Source of the DNA: an uncultured Gemmatimonadales bacterium
GTDB taxonomy: Bacteria > Gemmatimonadota > Gemmatimonadetes > Longimicrobiales > RSA9
NCBI GenBank assembly: GCA_963816355.1
Contig: CAWFKH010000003.1
Location: forward strand, 1,638,622-1,702,621
Direction of reading: 5' to 3'
DNA length: 64,000 nt
The notes below the pieces were generated by a model. The model was given only the letters and a program-made list of their open reading frames with translations, searched no databases and was not told the origin of the DNA. Positions 41,611-51,149 of this stretch are shown piece by piece (positions within the stretch are counted from its first letter, which is position 1; every line of letters starts with the position of its first letter). The position numbers and the translations under genes are program-made.

Positions 41611-44600
41611 ATGGAGTCGACTTCCGCCGTCAGCCGCGGCCCGGCGCTGATGGGACGACCGCCACGCCGCCAATGGCGGCCGTGGGCGCTCCTGATCGTG
41701 GCGCTCGCGCTGCTGCCGCCTGCCGGCGCCGCCGGGCAGAGCCGCGGTCCGGACGTGGTGGCGGGGCAAGTCGTCGGCATGGGAGAGCCATTGAAGGCGG
41801 CGGAAGTGGTGATCATCTCCTCCGCCGGGACCATCCGCACCACGGTCTCGGACTCGTTCGGTCATTTCCGGGTGATGTTCCCGTCGTCGAGTCACCCGTA
41901 TTCCGTGCGCGTTAGCGCCCTCGGCTTCCACCCGGATTCCGCCCGACTCGCGCGCGCGCCGGGCGCGGATGGCGCCTGGTTCGTTCGCGTCACGCTGGAA
42001 GCGTCACCGATCGGTCTTGCGGGACTGGACGTCGAGGCACGGCGGCCGACGCCCACGCGCAGCACGATCGTCCCAGGGAGCGCGCCTGAAGGGGCGGACG
42101 AGCGCCCGGCCGAAGGCGTGGTCGCCGGCGTGGCGCCCGAAGCCGATGGCGATGTGCAGTCAGCCGCCGGAAACGTACCGGGCGTGATCGCGACGTCGGC
42201 CGGTCTATCCATTCTGGGGCTATCGGCGGATCAGACGGCGGTGACGCTGGGCGGCCTCGCCTTTTCGGGCGGACGCCTGCCGGCGGGCTTACTGCTCTTG
42301 ACCAGCGTGGCGACGGCGCCCTACGACCCCTCGCGCGGCGGCTTCAGCGGCGGCGAGGTCGCGGTGAACGTCGTCCCGGGGGGGCCGTTCGTGTCATGGG
42401 CGACGGATGTCGCGCTGGTTCCGGGGCCGCTCGAGCTCTCCGACATAAGCGGCGGCGGGCGCCCGACCGCGGCCCGGGTCGCGCTTAGCGGGCGTGGACC
42501 GCTCAACGTGCCCGGCCCATACTTCTACAGCGGCGCCATCGAGGCGCGGCACACGTCGACGGCGCCCGCGTCCCTGCTGGACGTCGACGTGCCACACGTC
42601 CTGGGCGTGCCGCTCGACTCGGCTGCGCGCTTCGAGAGCCTGGTGCGGCAGCTCGGCATCCCCGCGGGTCGCGCAGGCGGGCGGAGCACCGACGAGCTGA
42701 ACCTCCTTGCCGGCATCCAGTTCATCCCTGACGAGAGCGTGGTTCGCGGCAAACAGGCCGGGCTCACCGGCTATCTGGACCTCACGCGGGAGCGCGGCAG
42801 CGGAGTGTTGCCGAGCGCCCTTGCCACGACAGCCACCGATAGGTCGGCTGGCACGGGCCTGCTGATGGGCTACTTCTCCACCTTCCTGCACGCTGCGATG
42901 ATCGAGACCCGGGCCGCCTTGACGCGCCAGTGGAGTCGCGTGCGGCCGGCGCTCGATCTGCCTGCCGGCGTGTTGCAGCTGGCGCCGACCGGGGAAAGCG
43001 ACCAGGCGCCGACGGCCTTCGCCTTCGGAGGCGCGGATGGCGGCGCGACGGCCTCGGACGGCTCGCTGGCGCAGGCGACGAGCCGAGTCACCTGGTACAG
43101 CTTCAGCGGCAGGCATCGCTTTCAGCTCTACGGCGAGGCGCGCTACGAAACGCTTTCCGAGAGCGCTTCGGGCAGGGCGCGCGGGACATTCGTGTACGCG
43201 TCTCTCGACGATCTCGCCCGCAACCAGCCATCCGCCTATATGCGGCGGGTGGTCTCCCCGCAGGAGCGTGCGGTGCAGATCGACGGCGCGCTCTCGCTGG
43301 CCGATTCGTGGAAGGCCACGGATGATCTGACGGTCCTGTTCGGAGCGCGGGCCGAGGCGAACCGCTTTCTCAGCGCACCGGCGGGCAATGGTCCCGTCCG
43401 GTCCGCCTTCGGCCTCGACACCCACCAGTTCCCCGACAAATGGCACGTGAGCCCGCGCTTCGGCTTCACGTGGCTGAGCCCGGCGGCCAAGAAGAGCCCG
43501 AGCTATTTCGTGGTGGGTCCGACCGTGACGTACAACCGCGGCCCTTCCGGCATTCTGCGTGGGGGAATCGGCGAGTTCCGCAACCGCCTTCCGCTGGGGC
43601 TCGCCGTCGAAGCGATGCGGGGGACGGGCCTGCCCGCGGCCGGGCAACCTTTGGAATGCATCGGTCCAGCCGTGCCCGAAGCCGAGTGGCCGACCTATGT
43701 CCATGGTGGCGCAGTGGCGCCGGATGCGTGCGCGGGCGGGGCGCCGCCCATCTGGACGGACGCCACTCCGCAGGTGCTCGGCTTCGCGCGGGGTTTTGTG
43801 CCCCCACATTCGATCCGCGGCAGCCTCGGCTGGGAAGGGCAGCTGCGGACCCTGCTGTACAGCGTCGACGCGGTCTACTCGCGCAACCTCGGACAGCGCA
43901 GCGCGGTGGATCTGAACCTGAGCGCGGAGCCCGCGTTCCGGCTGGTGGAGGAGGCCGCGAGGCCGGTATTCGCCCCACCGGCGGCCATACTTCCTGCCAC
44001 CGGCGCCGTTGCCTACGAGGCCGCGCGCAGGCTGCCGGGGACCGGGCACGTGATGGAGCAGCGGAGTGACGCATCTTCGTCCACCGAGCGGCTCACGGTC
44101 ACGCTCCAGCCCGAGTGGCGCCAGAGCCGCTACTTCTTGCGCGGCTCCTACGTCCTGTCCCGCGTGCGAGAGGAGGCACGCGGCTTCGACGCCGGCACCG
44201 CGGGGGACCCGCGCGACATGGAGCGGGCGCCGGGCGTATTCGATGCGCGCCACCGCATTCAGCTCGATGTCGGCGCCACGTACGGCCGCGTCGACCGTTC
44301 GACCCGCTACACCGTCTCGACGTTCATCATGCTGCAGTCCGGCCGCCCGTTCACGCCCATGGTGCGGGGCGACGTGAACGGCGACGGCTTCTCCGACGAC
44401 CGCGCATTCGTTTTCGACCCCACTCGCGTGGGGGACGGCGCTCTCGCCACGCAGCTCGACAGGCTCCTTTCGAGCGCGCCCGTCCGTATCCGGCAATGCC
44501 TGAGGCGCCAGCTCGGGCACGTCGCCGACCGCAATAGCTGCCGTGGTCCCTGGACCGCTACGGCGAACCTGCGCCTCGACGTCCGCCCGGTCTCCGGACC

Positions 44601-45303
44601 CCTCGCGCGGGCGGTGTTCTCGCTGACGCTCAGCAACATCCCAGCGGCGCTCGACCGGATGCTCCACCCCGACCGTCGCGCCGGGTGGGATGCCGCCGCC
44701 CAGGTCGACAATGCGCTTTACACCGTTCGCGGCTTCGACTCGCGCTCCCAAAGCTTCGTCTACGCTGCGAATCCGCACTTCGGGGAAGTCCTGGCGGGGA
44801 GCGTGCCTCCTCTGGGTGGGTTTCGGGTCAGCCTCGCGACTCACGTGAAGCTCGGGGCGTCCGTGCCTCGACAGCAGATCGATCGCTGGGGGCCGAAGCG
44901 CAAGGGCGAGCCTCTGTCCGTCGACTCGCTGCGCGACATCTACACGAGACGGATCCCGGACCCCTACCTTCCGCTGCTGCTCAGGGCCGAATCGCTGCAG
45001 CTCGACTCTCTCCAGGTGGCACGGCTCCGGACGGCGCGCATCGCTTTCCTGAACACGGTCTACAACCTCGCCGACCCGCTCGCCCGCTTTCTCGCGTCCA
45101 GTCCGCGCGATACGCCCCAGGACTCGCTGCTGTCGCGGCAGACCGATTTTACGAACTCGGCCTACGCCCTGCTATGGCGCCAAGGAGGGGTGGTGCGCGA
45201 TGTACTCTCGGCGTTTCAGTACCACCTCGCCCCGCTGTGGCTCACGACGCTGTTCGACCGACCGTCGCCTCCGAAGGAGGGCGATCTGGTGATGTCAGAG
45301 TGA
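41611..45303 (+). CDS. TonB-dependent-receptor-like outer-membrane protein with carboxypeptidase-regulatory N-domain and C-terminal helical extension (start uncertain)
   Basis: Signal peptide, YD.SRGGFSGG plug motif, SPRFGFTW, DVNGDG..DDRAF, YAANPHFG. Confidence 0.7.
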   Translation: MESTSAVSRGPALMGRPPRRQWRPWALLIVALALLPPAGAAGQSRGPDVVAGQVVGMGEPLKAAEVVIISSAGTIRTTVSDSFGHFRVMFPSSSHPYSVRVSALGFHPDSARLARAPGADGAWFVRVTLEASPIGLAGLDVEARRPTPTRSTIVPGSAPEGADERPAEGVVAGVAPEADGDVQSAAGNVPGVIATSAGLSILGLSADQTAVTLGGLAFSGGRLPAGLLLLTSVATAPYDPSRGGFSGGEVAVNVVPGGPFVSWATDVALVPGPLELSDISGGGRPTAARVALSGRGPLNVPGPYFYSGAIEARHTSTAPASLLDVDVPHVLGVPLDSAARFESLVRQLGIPAGRAGGRSTDELNLLAGIQFIPDESVVRGKQAGLTGYLDLTRERGSGVLPSALATTATDRSAGTGLLMGYFSTFLHAAMIETRAALTRQWSRVRPALDLPAGVLQLAPTGESDQAPTAFAFGGADGGATASDGSLAQATSRVTWYSFSGRHRFQLYGEARYETLSESASGRARGTFVYASLDDLARNQPSAYMRRVVSPQERAVQIDGALSLADSWKATDDLTVLFGARAEANRFLSAPAGNGPVRSAFGLDTHQFPDKWHVSPRFGFTWLSPAAKKSPSYFVVGPTVTYNRGPSGILRGGIGEFRNRLPLGLAVEAMRGTGLPAAGQPLECIGPAVPEAEWPTYVHGGAVAPDACAGGAPPIWTDATPQVLGFARGFVPPHSIRGSLGWEGQLRTLLYSVDAVYSRNLGQRSAVDLNLSAEPAFRLVEEAARPVFAPPAAILPATGAVAYEAARRLPGTGHVMEQRSDASSSTERLTVTLQPEWRQSRYFLRGSYVLSRVREEARGFDAGTAGDPRDMERAPGVFDARHRIQLDVGATYGRVDRSTRYTVSTFIMLQSGRPFTPMVRGDVNGDGFSDDRAFVFDPTRVGDGALATQLDRLLSSAPVRIRQCLRRQLGHVADRNSCRGPWTATANLRLDVRPVSGPLARAVFSLTLSNIPAALDRMLHPDRRAGWDAAAQVDNALYTVRGFDSRSQSFVYAANPHFGEVLAGSVPPLGGFRVSLATHVKLGASVPRQQIDRWGPKRKGEPLSVDSLRDIYTRRIPDPYLPLLLRAESLQLDSLQVARLRTARIAFLNTVYNLADPLARFLASSPRDTPQDSLLSRQTDFTNSAYALLWRQGGVVRDVLSAFQYHLAPLWLTTLFDRPSPPKEGDLVMSE

Positions 45304-45533
45304 TTTCCACAGCCGGCGCCCCGGGAAGACCGATTGCACCGAGTCCCGGTGGAAATGTCGTCGTGGAGATCGTGTTCACGGAGCGGGAGTTGGACGTCAT
45401 GGCCATCGTCTGGGACCGTGGCGGAGCGACGGTGGCGGAGGTCCGCGAGCGGCTGAAGGACGAATTGGCGTACACGACAGTGCTGACGGTGCTCAGGACC
45501 TTGGAGGAGAAGGGCTACGTGAGGCACGAGGAG

Positions 45534-46966
45534 GTGGTATTGTCAAAAGTTGTGGATCGGGACGTGATCAGGCGGCGGCCTTCCGTTCCTCGGTATCCTC
45601 CCGCTCGACCTGCACTCCGTCGGTGAACTGAACGCCAGCTCGCGCGAGCGGGAGCAGGTGCGAGCCGTTCAGCTTGCGCCACCGGTCCTGGGCCATCTGG
45701 ATCAGCTTGAAGGCCATGGTGAGTCCCCGGATCCTGGAGCCCGGGCCTTTGGTCACGCGCTGCCTCAGCCGAACCGTTGCGAACGTGGACTCGATAGGGT
45801 TGGAGGTGCGGATGTGCTTCCAGTGCTCGGCCGGGAAGTCGAAGTAGCTCAGGAGCCGGTCCTGGTCGCGACGCAGCGAGGTGATGGCCTTCGGGTACTT
45901 GGCTCCGTAGTCGGCCTCGAACCGCTCGATGCCCTTCTCGGCGTCCTCTCGCGTCGGCGCGTTCATGATCTCCCTCAGGGTCGCCTTGGCTTGGCCCTGG
46001 AGCCGCTTCGGGAGCTTGTCCAGGACGTTGGCCATCCGGTGCACCCAGCACCGCTGCTCGCGCGTCTCGGGCCAGACGTCGCCCACGGCCGCCCAGAAGC
46101 CCAGGGCTCCGTCCCCGGTGGCCAGGGCCGGTGCCCGCATCCCCCGTCGCTTCAGGTCCCGGAGCACATGCGCCCAGCTCTCCGTGCTCTCCCGGTAGCC
46201 GTCTTCCACTGCGATGAGCTCCTTGGTCCCGTCCGGCCGCGCGCCGATCAGCACCAGCAGGCAGAGCCGGTCCTGCTCGCCCAGCCGCACGTTCACGTGG
46301 ATGCCGTCGGCCCAGACGTAGACGTAATCGACGTCCGAGAGATCACGCGTGCGCCATGCCGCGATCTCGGCCTCCCACACGCCGATCTGGCGGCTGATGT
46401 TGGCCGGCGACAGCCCACTCGCCGCCTCGCCCAGCAGCGCCGGCAGGGCCTCGCGGAAGTCGCCGGTCGACAGCCCCCGCAGGTACAGCAACGGAATCAC
46501 CTCATTGACCTTCGGGCTCCGTCGCATCCACGGCGGCAGGATCCGGCTCGTGAACTTCCTTCCCGCTCGCCGATCATGGACCCGGGGCGCTTGGACCTCC
46601 ACCGTGCCGGAGCCCACCGTCACCTTCCGGGCCCGGGCTTTCCCGTTCCGGACCACCAGGGCCAGGCCTCGCTCGTCTCGAGCCCCGGCATGCTTCGCCA
46701 GATACGCCTCGACCTCCAGCTCCAGGGCTACCGCGAGCATCCGTCTCGCACCCTCTCGAGCCAATCCGTCCAGGTCCCTCGCAAGCGCTCCCTCCTCGCT
46801 CCTGAACCCTTCCTCCACTACCTTCAGCATGGCGGCGTGCTCCTTCCCCCGGGCGCCAACCCGGGACTCGTGTGATGGGTGTCACACGGAAGGGTACGCC
46901 GCCTTTTTCACGCCCGCCAACTCACCCCCGCTCCGGGGGGCGATCCACAACTTTCGAGGATAGCTC
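45534..46966 (-). mobile_element. IS256-family element A
   Basis: 26-bp imperfect IRs (GTGGTATTGTCAAAAGTTGTGGATCG / GAGCTATCCTCGAAAGTTGTGGATCG); flanking CACGAGGAG direct repeats. Confidence 0.92.
45568..46830 (-). CDS. IS256 (Mutator) transposase
   Basis: LYLRGLSTGDF, WADG, GDG, QRCWVH, RTSNPIES. Confidence 0.95.
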   Translation of the reverse strand: MLKVVEEGFRSEEGALARDLDGLAREGARRMLAVALELEVEAYLAKHAGARDERGLALVVRNGKARARKVTVGSGTVEVQAPRVHDRRAGRKFTSRILPPWMRRSPKVNEVIPLLYLRGLSTGDFREALPALLGEAASGLSPANISRQIGVWEAEIAAWRTRDLSDVDYVYVWADGIHVNVRLGEQDRLCLLVLIGARPDGTKELIAVEDGYRESTESWAHVLRDLKRRGMRAPALATGDGALGFWAAVGDVWPETREQRCWVHRMANVLDKLPKRLQGQAKATLREIMNAPTREDAEKGIERFEADYGAKYPKAITSLRRDQDRLLSYFDFPAEHWKHIRTSNPIESTFATVRLRQRVTKGPGSRIRGLTMAFKLIQMAQDRWRKLNGSHLLPLARAGVQFTDGVQVEREDTEERKAAA

Positions 46967-46974
46967 CACGAGGA

Positions 46975-48344
46975 GAGGTCACGTCAATAGGTGTGTAAAC
47001 GGCATCAGGCGGCGGCCCTTTCGGACTGACTGGTGACGGGGATGCCGTCGACGTACTTCGCGCCCGCGGAAACGGCCGCGAGCAGGTGTGCGGCGTTGAG
47101 CCGCCGGAAGGTCTTCTCCGCTACGAGGAGCAGCTTCCAGATCAACGCCGTGGCGTTCTCGACCCGCTTGTAGCGCTTTGCGGCCGTGGTCCTGAGCCGC
47201 ACAGAGGCGAAGGGCGACTCGACGATGTTGGTGGTGCGCAGGTGGACCCAGTGCTCGTGGGGGAAGGAGAAGAAGGTGACCATCCGCTCCCAGTCCCGCT
47301 TGAGCGCCGCCATCGCCTTGGGGTAGAGCCGCTCGAACTGCTTCACGCACCGCTCACGCGCTTTCTCGCACTCAGCCCTGCTCTCGGCGTACATCATTCC
47401 TCTCAGGTGCTGGCGTACGGCCGCCTGCTGCTTCCTCGGAACCTGGTCCAGCACGTTGACCATCTTGTGATTCCAGCAACGCTGCTCCTCGCACCGCGGC
47501 CAGATCTCGGGGACCGCGGCCCAGATGCCCAGGTGGCCGTCGGCGACCAGGAGCCGCGGCGCGTTCATGCCGCGGCCCTTCAGGTCGCGCAGTACGCCCA
47601 GCCACGACTCGCGCGACTCCCGCTGCCCGCTCTCCACGGCGAGCACGACCTTCTCGCCCTCGCGGGTCCCACCGATGATCACCAGGAGCGCCGCCTTGCC
47701 GTCGTCGATGCCGGCCTTTACGTACAGGCCATCCGCCCAGCAGTACACGATGTCGAGCTCGGCCAGCGAACGGCTCCGCCACTCCTGGAACTCGAGCTGC
47801 CACTGCGCCTTCAGCCGAGCGATCGAAGCGGCCGAAAGGGGAGCAGCGTCCCCCAGCAGCCCCCTCAGCGCGAGCTCGAAGTCGCCGAGCGCCAGCCCGT
47901 GCAGGTAGAGCTGGGGCAGGAGCTCGCTGACTTCCTCCGTGCGCCGCTTGAACAGCGGAAGGATTCGGCTCTCGAACCGCTCTTCCAGCCCTCGGACCCG
48001 CGGACGCCGAACCTTGATCGTGCCGTTCGACAACGCCAGCTTACGCGCCTTGCCGTAGCCGTTGCGGTAGACCGGCTCCGATCCGGGCTCTCGCCGCTCC
48101 GACTTCCGCCGGCCCAGGAGCCCTTCGACCTCTTCCTCGAGCAGCCGCTGGACGAATACCTGAACCTGCTCGCGGGCAAAGCCCTCCAGCTGTCCCCATA
48201 CCACGCTTGACGACGAGGACGCTTCCTTGGTTACCTTTGACACGGCGGTGGCTCCTTTCGTGCGGGCACGAGGCCCGTGGTTGATGGCTCAACCGAAAGG
48301 TGTCACCGCCTTCTGCTCGTTTCCACACCCTCTGAAGATACCTC
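46975..48344 (-). mobile_element. IS256-family element B
   Basis: 27-bp imperfect IRs (GAGGTCACGTCAATAGGTGTGTAAACG / GAGGTATCTTCAGAGGGTGTGGAAACG); 8-bp TSD CACGAGGA. Confidence 0.92.
47005..48243 (-). CDS. IS256 (Mutator) transposase
   Basis: YRNGY, LYLHGLALGDF, WADG, QRCWNH, RTTNIVES. Confidence 0.95.
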   Translation of the reverse strand: MSKVTKEASSSSSVVWGQLEGFAREQVQVFVQRLLEEEVEGLLGRRKSERREPGSEPVYRNGYGKARKLALSNGTIKVRRPRVRGLEERFESRILPLFKRRTEEVSELLPQLYLHGLALGDFELALRGLLGDAAPLSAASIARLKAQWQLEFQEWRSRSLAELDIVYCWADGLYVKAGIDDGKAALLVIIGGTREGEKVVLAVESGQRESRESWLGVLRDLKGRGMNAPRLLVADGHLGIWAAVPEIWPRCEEQRCWNHKMVNVLDQVPRKQQAAVRQHLRGMMYAESRAECEKARERCVKQFERLYPKAMAALKRDWERMVTFFSFPHEHWVHLRTTNIVESPFASVRLRTTAAKRYKRVENATALIWKLLLVAEKTFRRLNAAHLLAAVSAGAKYVDGIPVTSQSERAAA

Positions 48345-48825
48345 CACGAGGAGGTGGGGAGGGCATACCGCTATTCTGCGCTGGTGTCGAGGCAAGCAGC
48401 GCGGGGAAGCGCCCTGGTGCGGTTGAAGCGGAAGCTGTTCGGGGGCTCGACCGAGCTGTTGCTGAGACAGGTCCTCTCGGACCGACGCCAGCACGAGATC
48501 GAGCGGCTGCTACGGCTGCTGGACGACTGTACGCAACAGCCGGAAGCCCCGACGCCGTAGAAGGCGCCACCGCGCGACGTCATACCAATCAATGGCAAGC
48601 GGGCGCACCCCGTCCGCTCCTGAGTGCGCGCGTTCCACGAGGACGGCGAGCGTGTTGTTCTCGATCGAGAAATCGAGGACGCGATCGCGCACGGCGATGC
48701 TCCCCAGGTAGCGCATCTCGGAGTCGTATACGTCGAGGTATGAGCGGCGGTCACGGTCGCGCGTCGTGGCGACCCAGAACAGCCCGCCCGCCGTGACGTG
48801 GATGGTCGGCAGGATTCCATTCTTT

Positions 48826-50136
48826 GGCTCTTCCGGATTTAGCGTGGGTCCATGTTCAAGCCGCCGCAGTGAAAGAGGATGGCGATCCGGAAGTTGTCGC
48901 GGTTGCGGTAGCCTCGAGCGCGGTGCTTGATGAGCTGGATCTTGGAATTCATGCCCTCGGTCCTGGCATTGGTGAACGGGTGTCGGGCGTACTGTAGGAT
49001 CCCGTAGAGGTAGCGCTTCATGGTGCGGGCGGCTCGCTTCATGGGCTCGAGCCGTGAGCGCATGGCCCAGCGGTACCACCGCTGGAACGCGCGGAGTGCA
49101 GTCTCGGCTGTAGCACACTCCCAGAGGCTCCGCGCCGCCTCCTTCAGGGCCCAGGCGCGCCCGACCTTGAAGCCTGAGCGACGCAACGCGGTGAGTTCCG
49201 CCTCATCGGCGGCCGTGCGCTTGGCGGCGCCCCGCACCAGGACAAAGCGTTTGCCTTTCAGTTGGGCGGCACGGGCCCCCTCCCCGGCTCGGCGAAGATC
49301 CCGCTGCTCGGCCTTGCGGACCTCGCTCACCGCCGTTGTCAGGTGGGCCGCCACGTGATACCGATCGAAGACGATTTTCGAGAGGCCGTGGGGCACACAG
49401 TCGCGCGTGGCGGCGATGTAGGGATCCCACATGTCCATGACGATGGCCCGAAGCCCACGCAGCTCTTCCTCCGGCCGGCTCTCCCAGAATTCACGAAGCG
49501 TGCTCTCCCGCCGGTGATCGCCCACCCAGAGCACCCGATCCCCCTCGAGGTCATTGACCACCGTCACGTACTCGTGCCGCTTCTGAAAGCTGGTCTCGTC
49601 GATCCCCAGGACCCGAACCGGTTCCTGGGAACGGCGCGCCAACCCTCGATCCACGGCCCGCCGCTGGATGTGAGCCACCTCATCCCAGCTGAGGCCCAGG
49701 AGCTCCGCCACTCCCGCCACCGTCGATTCTCTCAGCAGCCGGATCGCCCACGCCTCGAACAGCGCCGTGAAACGGCCTCGCGGCTCCGCCCAGGGCACGG
49801 CCACCTGCCGGACCCCATGCGCTTCACATTCCACGCGAGGGACTCGCGCGTGGAGGATCGTCCGGTATTGCATCGTATCCAGGTGTCGCCACCGCCGCTC
49901 CTCCGCCAGATCATAGCCCGGGCTCTCGCGGCCGCACTCCGGGCAGGTCAGCCGCGCCCCGGCCCGCGCACCGACTCGCACCCGCACTTCCTCCCGCTCA
50001 GGTCGCAACTCTACGGACTCCACTACCCACGGCTCCCTCAGCCCCAGCACCGTCTGGTAAAACCCGCGATCGTCCATGAACGCCTCCTTTCGGAAGCACT
50101 CATCCTACCTCGACCCATGGGAAACCCGGAAGAGCC
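48826..50136 (-). mobile_element. ISL3-family element
   Basis: IRs GGCTCTTCCGG(A/G)TTT; 8-bp TSD CATTCTTT at 48818-48825 and 50137-50144. Confidence 0.93.
48839..50077 (-). CDS. ISL3 transposase
   Basis: CPECG zinc finger, [24 protein letters not shown]...KHRARGYRN. Confidence 0.95.
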   Translation of the reverse strand: MDDRGFYQTVLGLREPWVVESVELRPEREEVRVRVGARAGARLTCPECGRESPGYDLAEERRWRHLDTMQYRTILHARVPRVECEAHGVRQVAVPWAEPRGRFTALFEAWAIRLLRESTVAGVAELLGLSWDEVAHIQRRAVDRGLARRSQEPVRVLGIDETSFQKRHEYVTVVNDLEGDRVLWVGDHRRESTLREFWESRPEEELRGLRAIVMDMWDPYIAATRDCVPHGLSKIVFDRYHVAAHLTTAVSEVRKAEQRDLRRAGEGARAAQLKGKRFVLVRGAAKRTAADEAELTALRRSGFKVGRAWALKEAARSLWECATAETALRAFQRWYRWAMRSRLEPMKRAARTMKRYLYGILQYARHPFTNARTEGMNSKIQLIKHRARGYRNRDNFRIAILFHCGGLNMDPR

Positions 50137-51149
50137 CATTCTTTGGGGTCTCGCGAAAACTTCGGAGGTCCGCCGCGTCGGGCTTGGTCCTGAAGATGCC
50201 CCACATCGCCGCCGCGTGCTGCTCCACATCCCGGTCGTTTGGAAGCTCCGGCTGGTAGTGGGCGGGCGTCAGTTGGCCGAGGTAACGGCCATCCGCCGAG
50301 AAACGGACTAGCCGATAAGGGAAGGTGGTGAACACGAAGCCGCCGTCCGGCGACCAGGCACCGCGCACCAGAAGCCGGGGCGCCGCCGTGTCCGGCAGGC
50401 TGAGGCGCTGGCGCCGCACGATACCCGTCCGCGGGTGGAACCACACGACTTGCGCGTCGCGTCTTTCGCGATATCCGGAAGCCAACGTCCCGACCACGGC
50501 CGCAATGGTCGAATCATCATGTCCGAGGGCCGGCCACAGATATCCGTCGAAGCGCTGGGTCGCTCGTACCGATCCGTCGCTGCGGAACGCGGTGAAGCGC
50601 TGCTCGGGGTCGGCGCCGACGGCGAACGCCGAGGCATTGTGGACGAGGACGTCCACCCCACCCAGCGCTCGGCGCGCGGCATTCAGAAATGCCGCCAGTG
50701 CTGCCGGATCGGCCACGTCGCACATGTCGGCGTAGGCGCGCACTCCCAGTTCGAGCAGGGCCGCTTCTGTTGCGCGCAGCGGCTCCTCGCTGCGGGCGCA
50801 GATCGCCACGTTTGCCCCCTCAGGCGCGAAGCCAAGCGCGATCGCGCGTCCAATGCCCCGGCTGCCGCCGAGGACGATGCAGTTCCGACCCTCCAGGTGC
50901 AGCTTCATCGGGCTTCTCGGGATGCAAGGAAACTTTGGGAAAGCGCCTACCGATTCCCGGATCGGTACGCTCCAGAACTCGGCGGCGCACCCTCCGGAGG
51001 CCGCGGCGAGGTGGGCAGCCTCGCTCGTCGGCCCGGCGGCGGCCATCGCGCTGCTGCTCGGAGCCGTGGGTGTCTATGCCGTCGTGGCCGACGCGCCATA
51101 CGCGCGCCGGCCATGGCGCGCGGCGTCCACCGACGTCCATCTTCCGTCC

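Larger units (their letters stand above)
45363..48560 (+). pseudogene. BlaI/MecI/CopY-family repressor split by two IS256 elements (join 45363-45533 + 48354-48560)
   Basis: FTERELDVMAIVW...AYTTVLTVLRTLEEKGYVRHEE then VGRAYRY...LFGGS.ELLL; frame restored on IS removal. Confidence 0.9.
48510..50908 (-). pseudogene. chimeric SDR N-terminus / beta-propeller-like ORF interrupted by ISL3
   Basis: GGSRGIG...VHNAS joined in frame to RFTAFRSDG...RFSADGRYLG...PKNG | ILPTIHV..GGLFWV..LDVYD...YLG. Confidence 0.7.

Noticed and set aside
45330..45350. CGAGTCCCG as an att copy of the tRNA-Gly 3' end
   Set aside because: Only 9 bp and in inverted rather than direct orientation.
45534..48344. Composite transposon
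   Set aside because: There is no cargo between the elements, the transposases differ, and each element has its own target duplication.
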